Shown in pieces: positions 1 to 11,363 of a DNA stretch of 64,000 bases; within the stretch, counting starts at the first letter, position 1, and each line of letters starts with the position of its first letter. Location of the stretch: assembly GCF_009914755.1 (NCBI RefSeq), contig NC_060931.1; one strand, written 5' to 3'. The DNA is from the human T2T-CHM13v2.0 reference genome, Homo sapiens. The notes below the pieces were generated by a model, which had not been told where the DNA came from, ran no database searches, and saw only the letters and a program-made list of their open reading frames with translations. A program made the position numbers and the translations under genes.

Positions 1-1079
1 CATGAAACTCTCCTTGCATAATATCCACATACTCATTTGAGCTGTTGAGATGGTTCTTTGGCAGAAAAAACTTTTGCAGAGGCTACTGGGAGAAGAGAGC
101 ACTTAATTTTATTAACTAGTATTATATTATGCATTTAATGATTACATTTCCATATTTCTATTAACACTACATAAAATACCAACACCATTTTGCCTTTTTA
201 TTAACAGTCCATTCTCTTGCAAGAAACCAACCAGAAAAAAGAAATAAAATCAGGTTCTTTCAACCAATGAAAAAGATTACTTCCATTTGGAATCAGCCTT
301 CTTTTTCCATGCTTAATTCTCACATCCACTCTGGAAGGATGTTCTCTTGCCTAAGTACTCATCACCACACTACATTAACTTACTGAAATCTCACTTATGT
401 AACCTGCTTGGGATTCCCAGTATAGCTTTTGCAAATCGAGGTTTCTTAGTTGTTATCAGCAATAGTTCTTGATTTGTTAGCCATGAGGCTGTTGGTCAGT
501 ACAGACTAGTTTTGTTATTTATCTCAGGGTAGAATAATATAGCTGATATATGTACAGTTTATCACAGTTTATAAACTGTCTTCATATTTGGATCTCTTCT
601 GATCTTATTAAACATATTTGCTCAGAAAATAGTAAAACATTGCATTAGGTGATAGTCTTGCAAAAATATGCAGAAAGTGACCAGATGAATCTATCCTCAC
701 CGGCGCAAGGTAGTTAAACAGCATATGTTTCTGAGTCCCTCCCTTAATTCATGCCTGGACACACCTTGTGAAAGACAGAGAGGCTGATGGAGTTCATTTC
801 CATCATCAGCTCTTAAACACCATGAGAAACCCTTGTAGGGAGAGGTGAAGGAGTTTAGGCCCTGGTGAGAGGGGATGGACAGTTGCAATGGCTGCGGGGA
901 TGGGAGAGGCCAGGACCCACAGAGGGCAGGGCCTTTGGGGAGATTCTGTCCTGACGGTTGCCCTGCATAGACCTTTGTTTGCCCTTCCTCTACTGTAATC
1001 TGATGGGATTTTTCTTAACAATGGCATCTTCTGATTGCGTAGGCTTTATTCCAGAAATGCAAAGTGACAGAGGAAATAG

Positions 1080-2415
1080 CAAGTGCAGAAACCTTGTGAT
1101 GGAATGGTGTTGACATGCTGGAGAATTTGCCAGGGGTCAGGGTGGCTTGGAAGAGAGTGAATGGGAAGGATGGTAGGAAAGGGAGGAAATGAGGGCATAG
1201 CAGTGATCAAGGGGGCAGATTTTGTAGAGGATCACTCATTCTTGGTGTGGCTCGGAAAACACTGGTGAGTTTCAAGCAGAAGAGTCACATGTATCGGACA
1301 TATATTCTAGCAGAAACATTCTGGCTTCTGTGTGGAAAACGGACTGAAACAGAACAGGGGGAAGCAAAGCAATGTTAGAGACTACTGCTGTAGCTCTGGA
1401 ATGTGAGAAAGGTGACTCACCATGGTGGTCCATGAGGTGGTGTAGTGTGGTTGGCCCAGGACATGCTTTCAGAGTGGAGCTGACAGGGTTTGCTAATAGA
1501 TTGGGTAAAGAGTGTGAGGACAGGAGAGGAATCAAAGATGCTCAAAGATTTTTGTCAAGGACAACTGGAAACGTGGAGGTGCCATTGACTGAATTGAGGA
1601 GCAAAGGGAATGAGCAGCTTGTGGAGGAAAATTAAGAACTTGATTGTGGGCATAGTCAGTGTGAGATGCCAGATGTTCCAATGGGACATTGAGTTAGCAG
1701 TTGGCTGTAAGCGTCTGGAGTTTGGGGGAGAGGTCAGGGCAGTACACATATATTTGAGGGTGTTAACATGGATATGGTATTAAAAGCCAGGGGAGGCCGG
1801 TCACAGTGGCTCACGCCTGTAATCCCAGCACTTTGGGAGGCTGAGGCGGGTGGATCATGAGGTAAAGAGATTGAGACCATCCTGGCCAACATAGTGAAAC
1901 CCCATCTCTACTAAAAATACAAAAATTAGCTGGGTGTGGTGGCAGGCGCCTGTAGTGTCAGCTACTCAGGAGGCTGAGGCAGAATCGCTTGAACCCAGGA
2001 GGCAGAGGTTGTAGTGAGGCAAGGTCATGCCATTGCACTCCAGCCTGGTGACAAAGCCAGATTCCATCTCAAAAAACAAAAACAAAAACAAAAGTCCCAG
2101 GGAGTGTACAAAAGCACCTACGCTCCTGTGTATTAATGGTGAAGAGTAGGGCTCCACTCCTATGGGAGATCTCTGGTGTTTCCCCCATTTAGGGTCAGAA
2201 AAAGGAGGAGGAACTATCAAAGGAGACTGAGAAGAAGTGGCTACTGATAAAAGAAATAACATGTAGTTCTATGGAAACAAAACAAGAAAGTATTTGTTTT
2301 CAACAACAAAGAAATGGAGGCAACAATAACTTTGACAAATGCCATTGAGAGGTTACTTAGGATGAGTGCAGAGGATAGACATTTGGATTCAAGAACATGA
2401 TCATTGGCAACCTGA
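1080..2415 (-). mobile_element. L2 LINE remnant interrupted by an Alu
   Basis: 1660-1790 (GCAGTTGGCTGTAAGCGTCTGGAGTTTGGGGGAGAGGTCAGGGC...GATATGGTATTAAAAGCC) resembles antisense L2 ORF2; similarity resumes after the Alu; ends approximate. Confidence 0.7.
1795..2093 (+). mobile_element. Alu, AluSc-like
   Basis: GGCCGG start, dimeric structure, GGATCATGAGGTAAAGAGATTGAGACC and CAGCCTGGTGACA variants, A-rich tail, degenerate TSD AAAAGCCAGGGGA / AAAAGTCCCAGGGA. Confidence 0.93.
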
Positions 2416-2419
2416 TGAG

Positions 2420-2830
2420 GGCAATTTGGTAGAACTTAATAAAATTAGGTATGCCTATGCGGTGTGGCCAAGCAATTCTACTTCTGTGTATATAACCCAG
2501 AGAAACTCTTGCAGAGTCACATGAAGATATTTATTAGGATTTTTACCGTAACAAAGCTTATGGGAACAAGGACTTGGAAGAGGTCTAGCAACAGGAAATT
2601 GGGTGAAGTATGCTTTATGCACAGGGTAGAATAATATGCAGCAGTCAGAAATAATGGACTCAATTATAGACAACACTTTGGATAGATTTTTAAAATAATA
2701 TTGAGTGAAAATAACGAAAAAGTTTTAAAAAGTAAGAAACATTTATAGCATGTTACTACTATTGTACACATTTTTAAATGATAAAGTCAAAAACACTAAT
2801 ATTCTGTAGAATGTGAGGAAGGTGAGTTGG
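2420..2830 (+). mobile_element. Old L1 (L1ME-like) ORF2 end/3' UTR fragment
   Basis: AGCAATTCTACTTCTGTGTATATAACCCAGAGAAACTCTTGCA and later GAATAATATGCAGCAG match the L1M 3' region. Confidence 0.6.
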
Positions 2831-3177
2831 AAGGATGGGGCTTGAATAGACCAGAGTGGGTGCATGTGGGGTAAGGATCATGGGGCTGGAGGGACTGAAG
2901 GAAATGTGGAAAACATCAAACCAAACCCGACAAAAGAGGTGCCTCTCCTGGACCAATGGTTCATTGCCATGAGTTTAAGGAGTATGTGAACTCAATTCTA
3001 ACCACCTGAGGCTTTAACTCCCATCCTCACAAGAAAAAACAAGCTAGGCAGCCAAGGGGCAGAGTGAGAGGCGGGCAGTCTGTCCCAGACTCACTCCCTC
3101 CCCAGGCCTCCCCATCTCCATCACCTGCTTCCCAACCTCCTTCTCTTCAGGACCAACTTGATCTTTCCAAAAGCCCT

Positions 3178-3449
3178 TCTAAGGGATACAAAAGGCACTT
3201 AGATAGAAGGAGAAGTCCCAGCCTACGATCGTACAGTAGATAGTTGAAAATTTATTATATATTTCAGAATAGCTAGAAGAGAAGAATTTGAATGTTTTCA
3301 ACACACAGAAAAGATAAATGTGTGAGGTGATGGATATCCCAATTGCCCTGATTTGATCATTACACATTGTATACAGATATCAAAGTATCACATATACCCC
3401 CCCAGATATGTACAGCTATTCCACAATTAAATAAATAAATAAATAAAAA
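3178..3449 (+). mobile_element. L1MA-type 3' end
   Basis: AATAGCTAGAAGAGAAGAATTTGAATGTT...GGTGATGGATATCCCAATTGCCCTGATTTGATCATTACACATTG followed by a (TAAA)n tail. Confidence 0.85.
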
Positions 3450-3949
3450 GTACTTCTGGTCAACCACCCCTGCAGGATGTGTCTCTTCACCTTTGACAAT
3501 GTAGGGTTTCCTTAAATGACCTCCAGAGGGAGTTTCTCTCTCTTTCTAGGCCCCAGAACACACTCCGGATACTGTATTTGTACTGTCAGTCTTTGTCACA
3601 GTGTATGTGATTAATTTTTTTACACTTCGCCGCACTGTATGTGTTTACATGTCTATTGGCCTGTTTTAAGGCAGCCCCAGAGGTTTCAGATCCCATTTAG
3701 GAATTTTCTCAGGGATTCTTCTAACATTTCTCCACGAATTGGGAACTGCATATATCGTTTATCCTTCAGCTTTTTTATACAAGGCTCGGCTCATTTGTAG
3801 GCATAATTGAATTTCAGATTTATGGAGTGACTAATTCAAAATATATTCCTCAGATGGACAGATTAGTAACATTGTAGATAAGTGACATTATATCTTTCTT
3901 TTAAAAACCTTTATATTATTGTGTTCAATATCTTTTGAGAAGTTATTTC

Positions 3950-4612
3950 TGAGGGGGAAGAGACAAATTTCCCATACAATGGAAGTCAAAGATAATTTAC
4001 ATAGAGACTCTGCCCTCAAGAAATAGAACCTAACTACCCACTGTTTAGCTGTGGGCTGTACAGAGTGGGTTGCGGAAAAGGATTTCTCTGTGATGGAGAG
4101 AGTTGATAAACACTACCCTATCCAGGTTGTCAAGGTTAATATCAGCAGTCACAAATTATGTTGATAGTATATCAATATAATGTGATGAAAATGATACTTT
4201 ATCGCTATGATCTTCCTCCCCCAAACCCATAACCACGAGGAAAATATCAGACAAATTCTGATAGTGGAGCATCCTACAAAATACTTGACGACTACTTCTC
4301 AAAGCTGTCAAAGTCATCAAAAACAAGGAAAGCCTGAGAAATTGTTAAAACAAAGAGGGACCATAATAACTGAATGTAATGTCGTGTCCTGGAGGGGATC
4401 CTGGAACTGAAAAAGGATATGAAGTAAAAACTAGGGAAATATAAATAAACCATGCAATTGAGTTAATAATAGTTTATCAGTATCAGTTTATTAATTATAA
4501 CAAATGTACCAATGGGGAAAATTGGGTGTGGGCTGTATGGGAACCCTGTACTATACTGTAAATTGTTCCATATATCTAAAACTGTTCTAAAAATAAAGTC
4601 TATTTAAAATGA
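3950..4612 (+). mobile_element. L1MC/L1MD-type 3' UTR
   Basis: TCTTCCTCCCCCAAACCCATAACC, CTGTCAAAGTCATCAAAAACAAGGAAAGCCTGAG, TCTAAAACTGTTCTAAAAATAAAG. Confidence 0.75.
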
Positions 4613-5305
4613 AATGCAGATTTCCTTCTTAATGTGATTGCTGATATTCTAAGAGTGATGGCTTATGTGCTTTCTATTATTGTCAACATTGTTGGCCCAG
4701 GGAGCAAGCCACAGGCCACCTGCACCACCCCTATGTCAAAGTAGTAAGTTCACGTGTGATGACTATGATCACTCATCTATAACACTCACACAGCCTAAAA
4801 GAGAGTTAAGCAGTCAGTGCTTAGGAGAAAGGTCAAGAAGTTGACTAATAGTTTTTTTTGACAATCCTTTACAGTGGCTAAGAGTAAGAAAAGAGAGAGA
4901 AGTGAGCTTTAAGACTCTTGAAGTAATGGCCATTCATTATGTGGTGAAACTTTAGTATCTCCATTGCATTCAAATATATTTTATACATGTATCATATATA
5001 CATATATAATTTGTATACATATGTTTATAATTAAATGTCCTGGGTCATGAGAAATAAAAGCACCTAATTTTAGTTAAAACAAAAACAAAGTATACATGGT
5101 AACATTCGGTCCTTGGAGGTTCCAGAGTTAGAACTGTTCGATAAGAAGAGCAAATGTGACTGTGGAGGGCAATGGTAGTAATTAATCAAAGGACTGTACC
5201 TGGAGCAGTAGCTGGGCCAAATCTCCAGCTTCACTCCTGCAAGCCCTGTGTTTACAGAGAGCTTGGCTGCAGTGGTTTTGGCCCCAGGCAAAAACTAAAA
5301 ACCTG

Positions 5306-5490
5306 GTGGAAGAGCGTGGATGATGAGAAATTGGTTAATGCCCCTTAACCAACTGGGTAATGTTAATACTCATTAACATTAACAATGTACATTATTCAGG
5401 TGATGGATACCCTAAAAGTCCTGACTTGACCACTATGCATGTAACAAAATTGCACATGTACCCCATAAATTTGCACAAATAATAATAAAA
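5306..5490 (+). mobile_element. Short 5'-truncated L1 (L1PB4/L1MA1-like) with perfect TSD
   Basis: GGTGATGGATACCCTAAAAGTCCTGACTTGACCACTATGCATGTAACAAAATTGCAC; TSD AAAAACTAAAAACCTG at 5290-5305 and 5489-5504. Confidence 0.88.
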
Positions 5491-5559
5491 AAACTAAAAA
5501 CCTGCTCTCAACTGAAATAAAATTATTTGTGTAGGGAGGACATTGACTTCTACTGTGGG

Positions 5560-7200
5560 AATTGGACTTCTGTTTTGTCACGAGCAGAGAGAAGGTAGAG
5601 GCAGGGATGGCCTGGTCTAACCTACCCAACCCACTTAACAACCTTACATGGAGAAGAGTTGGCCACTGGATATAGGCTGTCCATGTGCACAGAGGTCCCA
5701 TGCAGAGGACACGTCTGTTAGGAAAATATATCTTCCTGAGACCCAAAGTAATCCATCTCAGTCACCAATCCAGTCCTTTATTTATGAATGTGAAAAAACA
5801 AGCATCGTCAAGTTTTGTTGAGAAAAACTTGTAACATAAAAAAGAAGGACTAAGAGAAACAAATAGAACAAACTATAAGAGAAAGCATGCATGTAATTTA
5901 GGAAGCTTTAAAGAAAAAACTTTAAAAATTATGATTATAGTTCTTAAAGAGGATTATAATAAAAACCTAAGCAAAAACCAAACAATAAACAAACAGTAAC
6001 AACAAATAACCAAAAATAAGCTGCTATGAGGAAGAATCAGGATACGAAAGAACTATTGAAAACTAGAGGCATGACTTGTTAAGTAAAACACTTCATAGAT
6101 AGGTTTGAAAATAGAACTGAAACAATCTCTCAGAACATAGAACAATGGCATAAGATGAAAAACATGAGATAAAAGGAGACAGTGAATCAATCCATGAGAT
6201 TCAACATTCATTTAATATCAGGTACAGAGACAAGAGAAAAAGTGGAATGCTAAGATTTTTCAGAGGAATAACAAGAAAATATTTCTCAAAATTCAGAAAG
6301 ACATGAGCCTTCATGGTTCCCTTAGAACACAATCAGATGTGAGAAAATAAGATAGTGAAAGTTTAGAACACCAGAGATAAAATGCGATACAGACCCTAAA
6401 AGTTTCAAAGGAGAAAAAACAAAACAGTTCTTCAAAGGAACGAGAATCAAACTGGCACCAAATATCTCATTAGTAGTACTGATGCTCCAAGAAAATGGGA
6501 ACTTTATTCAAAATACTGAGAGAAAATGACTTTAATCTTAGAATTTCATACCCAATCAAACTACCAATCAAAAATGAAAGCTGAAGTAAGGCATTCCTAG
6601 ATAGATAAGGATTAGGAATAATTGCTTCTCATAGGCCTTTCATATAAATTTGCCTGAAGTAAAAATAAAGGAGCAAACAGACAAAAATAGAGAAAGGGAC
6701 ATACCTAGTGAAAGAAATCCAAGCAGGGGGGGAGTTGTGCAGAAGGCAGAGGGTCCAGGAAGGAGATCTCTTGGTAAATGATGCAAAAGACAGCATAAAT
6801 GAGAGAAGAGAGAAACCCAAGAAAAAGGCTCATTATACACGAATAAAGAGAATGGCCATGAGAAACTCTAAGATGAATTAAAAGTTGCTGCAAATGTATA
6901 ATCCAAACATTAAGCAAACAAAAATTGGCAGGATTATAAGCAAGCAATGGAGAGAAGAATAAAAGAAAGAAGGAAGGAAGGCAAAAAAAAAAAAAAAAAA
7001 AAAAAGGAAAAAAAGCAGAAAGGCAGAAACAAGGCAGAGACAAAGAAAGAATCCATTTAATCTTGCTCCACAAGTATTCTCTATTGAATGTCCAGAAGTT
7101 AGGACATTGAGTCTACAGAAAATGTGATGCAACTCTATGTTGGACAGCTATAAATAATATTTAAATTTAAATGCAACTTAAAAATTATCAACTTTTAGAG
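5560..7200 (+). mobile_element. HAL1 / old L1 ORF1-like remnant
   Basis: A-rich coiled-coil-like stretch, then ORF1 C-terminal signature TTAGAATTTCATACCCAATCAAACTACCAATCAA; no ORF2 follows; ends approximate. Confidence 0.6.
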
Positions 7201-7767
7201 TCCACTTATGAACAAAGAATAGATGATTTGTTTGCAGATGCAGAAATCAATGTAAATGGTAATGAAATTAACAATGGTCAAGTACAAGTTACATACAGGG
7301 TAGAAGGTGAAAGGAGAGGGTGTTAGAAAGAATGAGAAGTGTACTAATATCTTCTTTGCATTTAGAAGGAAGTTAAGATACTGACTTAGGTTGATAGAAC
7401 AAAAATAGTCATGATGTTGGATGGAGGCCAAGTTATTATCCCTTTTTCTTTCTTGAAGCCTCAGTGAAATGGTCATGTAGGAATAATCCCATAATAGCAA
7501 AGAGAAAAAAGGGCGATTAATAGCAAATAGTGCTTTCAGTGAATTTGTGTGTAATGAAAAAGTGGAAGCCCAATGATAGTTAAAATAGAGCAGGAAATCT
7601 GTAGCCTGGACTATCCAGAGGTGCCCATACCACCAGAGAGCATCACTCTGCTCTCTGGACCGAAACCCAGAGGGCCTTCAGGATTAGGAGCTGATGTTGG
7701 TGTGAGTGAGAAGGAAAGCTGGAAATGCTGGTGGGGAGAGGGATGCAGTTAGTTGAAAGCCTGTCTA

Positions 7768-7960
7768 GCAGTTTCTCAGTGGAGAAACTATTGGCATTTT
7801 ATACTGTACCAGTTTTCATTAAATGGAACAGTCCTGTGTGTTACAATTTGAGATCCCTGGACCCTCCCATTAAATACTAGCACCAATGATTTTCTAGTTG
7901 ACTAAAATGTGCCCCTTTTTCCAAATGAAAATTATTACTACCTCCATTTAAGAAGCACTG
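7768..7960 (-). mobile_element. MER20-like hAT-Charlie MITE
   Basis: GCAGTTTCTCA...ACTATTGGCATTTT...ATCCCTGGACCCTCCCATTAAATACTAG...AAGAAGCACTG resembles antisense MER20. Confidence 0.55.
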
Positions 7961-8641
7961 GATAGAATTTGTGTACTGCTCCTGCCCCCTCCACCTTACC
8001 TTTTCCTTTCCGCACAGAGGGCAAGCAGCCTTGGTTTTTACCCCCAAGCCTATTCTGGGCAGTGCATCAATTTCACCTAAAGAAATTGGATAAGGTTTCT
8101 GGAGAGAATTAGGGCTACGGGGTAGATGACAGTGACAGCCCCACCCATATGTACAAAACTAGTCAGCTTTTCTTTTTTTTTTTTAACTTTTATTTTAGGT
8201 TCGGGGGTATGTGTGCAGGTTTGTTATACAGGTAAATTATGTGTCTTGGAGGTTTGGTGTACAGATTATTTTCTTGCCTGGGTAATAAGCATAGTACTGA
8301 ATAGACAGTTTTTCAATCCTCACCCTCCTCTTATCCTCCACCCTCAAGTAGGCCACAGTATCTGTTGTATTCTTGTTTGTGTCCATATGTGCTCAACGTT
8401 AGCTCCCACTTATAAGTGACAACATGCAGTATTTGGTTTTTTGTTCATATGTTAGTTTACTTAGGATACTGGCCTCTAGCTTCCTCCATGTTGCTGCAAA
8501 GGACACGGTTTTGTTATTTTTTATGACTGTAGTATTCCCTGGTGTATATGTACCATATTTTCTTTATCTAGTCTATCACTGATGAGCATTTAGGTTGATT
8601 CCATGTCTTTGCTGTTGTGAATAGTGCTGCAGTGAACACAC

Positions 8642-8735
8642 ATATATGGAATATAAATATGAATTATTTATATTCCATATATATATATACACACCACACA
8701 CATATATAAATATATATATACACACACATATAAAA

Positions 8736-8775
<40 letters not shown>
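8642..8775. repeat. (TA)/(CA)-rich microsatellite inside the L1
   Basis: Directly visible alternating repeat. Confidence 0.9.
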
Positions 8776-11058
8776 CCAATATTGGGATTGCTAGGTCAAA
8801 TGGTACTTCCAAGTTCTTTGAGAAATCACTAGCTGTTTTACACAATGACTGAACTAATTTACACTTCCACCAGCAGTGTATAAGCATTCCATTTCTCCTC
8901 AACCTTCCCAAAATCTGTTATTTTTTGACCTTTTGGTAATAGCCATTTGACTTTTTAGTAATACCCATTGGTGTAAATGGTATCTCATTGTGGTTTAGAT
9001 TTGCATTTCTCTACTGATTAGTGGTGTCAAGCATTTTTTTCATATGCTTGTTGGCCATGTGTATTTCTTATTTTGAAAAATATCTGCTCATGCCCTTTGC
9101 CTACTTTTTAATGGGGTTGTTTATTTTTTGCTTGTTAGTTTGTTTAAGTTCCTTATAAATTCTGGAAATTAGACCTTTTTCAGATGCATAGTTTGCAAAT
9201 GTTTTCTTCCATTCCATAAATTGTCTGTTTACTCTGTTGATAGTTTCTTTTGCTGTGCAGAAGCTTTTTCATTTAATTAGATCCCATTTGTCAATTTTGG
9301 GTTTTGTTCAATTGCTTTTGGCATCTTTGTCATGAAATGTTTGTCTGGCCCTATGTCCAGAATGAGTATTTCCTATGTTATCTTCAAGGGTTTTTTATAA
9401 TTTTAGGTTTTACACTTAGTCTTTTATCCATCTTGAATTGATTTTTGTATATGGTATAATGAAGAGGCCCAGTTTCAATCTTCTGCCTATGGCTAGCCAG
9501 TTATCCCAGCACCATTTATTGAATAGGGAATTCTTTCCCCATTGCTTGTTTTTGTTGACTTCATCAAAGATCAGATAGTTGTAGGTGTGTGGTTTTATTT
9601 CTGGGCTCTCTATTCTTTTCCATTGGTCTGTGTGTCTGTTTTTGTACCAATACCAGGCTGTTTTGGTTACTGTAGCCTTGTAGTATAGTTTGAATTTGGG
9701 TAATGTGATGCCTCCAGCTTTGTTCTTTTTGCTTAGGATTGCCTTGGCTATTCAGGCTCTTTTTGGGTTCTATATGAATTTTAAAAGTTTTTTCCCTAAT
9801 TCTGTGAAGAATGTCATTGGGAGTTTGATAAAAATAACACTGAATCTGTAAATTATTGTGGGCAGTATGGCCATTTAAGCAATATTGATTCTTCCTATCC
9901 ATGAACATGGAATGTTTTTCCACTTGTTTGCGTCATCTCTGATTTCTTTCAGCAGTGTTTCGTAATCCTTGTTGTAGAGATCTTTCACCTCTCTGGTTAG
10001 CTGTAACCCTAGGTATGTTATTCTTTTTGTGGCTATTGTGAATGAAATTGCAGTCTTAATTTGGCTCTCAGCCTGAAGTCTGAACATTGTTGAAATGCTA
10101 CTGATTTTTGTACATTGATTTTGTATCCTGAAACTTTGCTAAAGTTGTTCTTCAGATCTAGGAGCTTTTGGGCTGAGACTATGGGGTTTTCTAGGCATAG
10201 AATCATATTGTCTGCAAACAGAGAGTTTGACTTCCTCTCTTGCTATTTGAATGTCGGGGTGTCTTTTATTTCTTTCTCTTGCATGATTACTCTGGCGAGG
10301 ACTTCCAGTACTATGTTGAATAGGAGTGGTGAAAGTGGGCATCCTTGTCTTGTTCTGGTTCTCAAGGGGAATGCTGCCAGCTTTTGCCCATTCAGTGTAT
10401 GATGTTGGCTGTGTGTTTGTCAGAGGTGGCTCTGATTGTTTTGAGGTGTATTTCTTCAGTGCCTAGTTTGTTGAAGGTTTTTAACATGAAGGGACGTTGA
10501 ATTTTATTGAAAACCTGTTCTGCATCTATTGAGATGATCACATGGTTTTTATTTTTAGTTCTGTTTATGTGCTGAATCACATTTAATGATTTGCATATGT
10601 TGAACCCACCTTGCATCTCAGGGATAAAGCCTACTTGATCATAGTGGATTTGCTTTTTGATGTGCTGCTGGATTTGATTTGCTAGTATTTTGTTGGAGAT
10701 TTTTGCATCTATGTTCATCAAGGGTATTGTCCTGAAATTTTCTTTTTTTGTTGTTGTTGTGTTGCTGCCAGGTTTTAGTATCAGTATGATGCTGGCCTTA
10801 TAGGATGAGTTAGGAAGAAGCCCCTCCTCCTCAATTTTTTGAAGTAGTTTCAGTAGGAATGGTACCAGCATTTCTGTACCTCTGCTAGAACTTGGCTGTG
10901 AATCTGTTTTGGTTCTGGGTTTTTTCTGGTTGGAAGGGTTTTTATTACTAATTCAATTTCAGAACTCACTATTGATTGGTTCAGGGATTCAATTTCTTCC
11001 TGGTTCAATCTTGCGAGGTTGTATGTTTTCAGGAATTTATCCATTTCTTCTGGGCTTT

Positions 11059-11363
11059 CTTTTTTCCTTTTTTCTTTTTTTGAGATAGGGCCTCACTCTG
11101 TGGCCCAGGCTGGAGTGTAGTGGCATGATCATGGCTCACTGAAGCCTTGACCTCCTGGGCACAAGTGATTCTCCCACCTCAGCCTCAAGTAGGTGAGACT
11201 ACAGGCATGCACTGCCATGCTTGGCTTTTTGTTGTTGTTGTTGTTGTTGAGATGGGGTTTCACCATGTTGTCCAAACTGGTCTCAAACTCCTCGGCTCAA
11301 CTAATCCTCCCACTTTGGCCTCCCAAAGTGCTGGGTTTACAGCCATGAGTCACTGTGCCCTGC
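11059..11363 (-). mobile_element. AluJ inserted in the L1PA
   Basis: GATCATGGCTCACTGAAGCCTTGACCTCCTGGGC (J-type), (GTT)n linker, degenerate TSD ATTTCTTCTGGGCTTTC / ATTTCTTCTAAGTTTTC. Confidence 0.92.
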
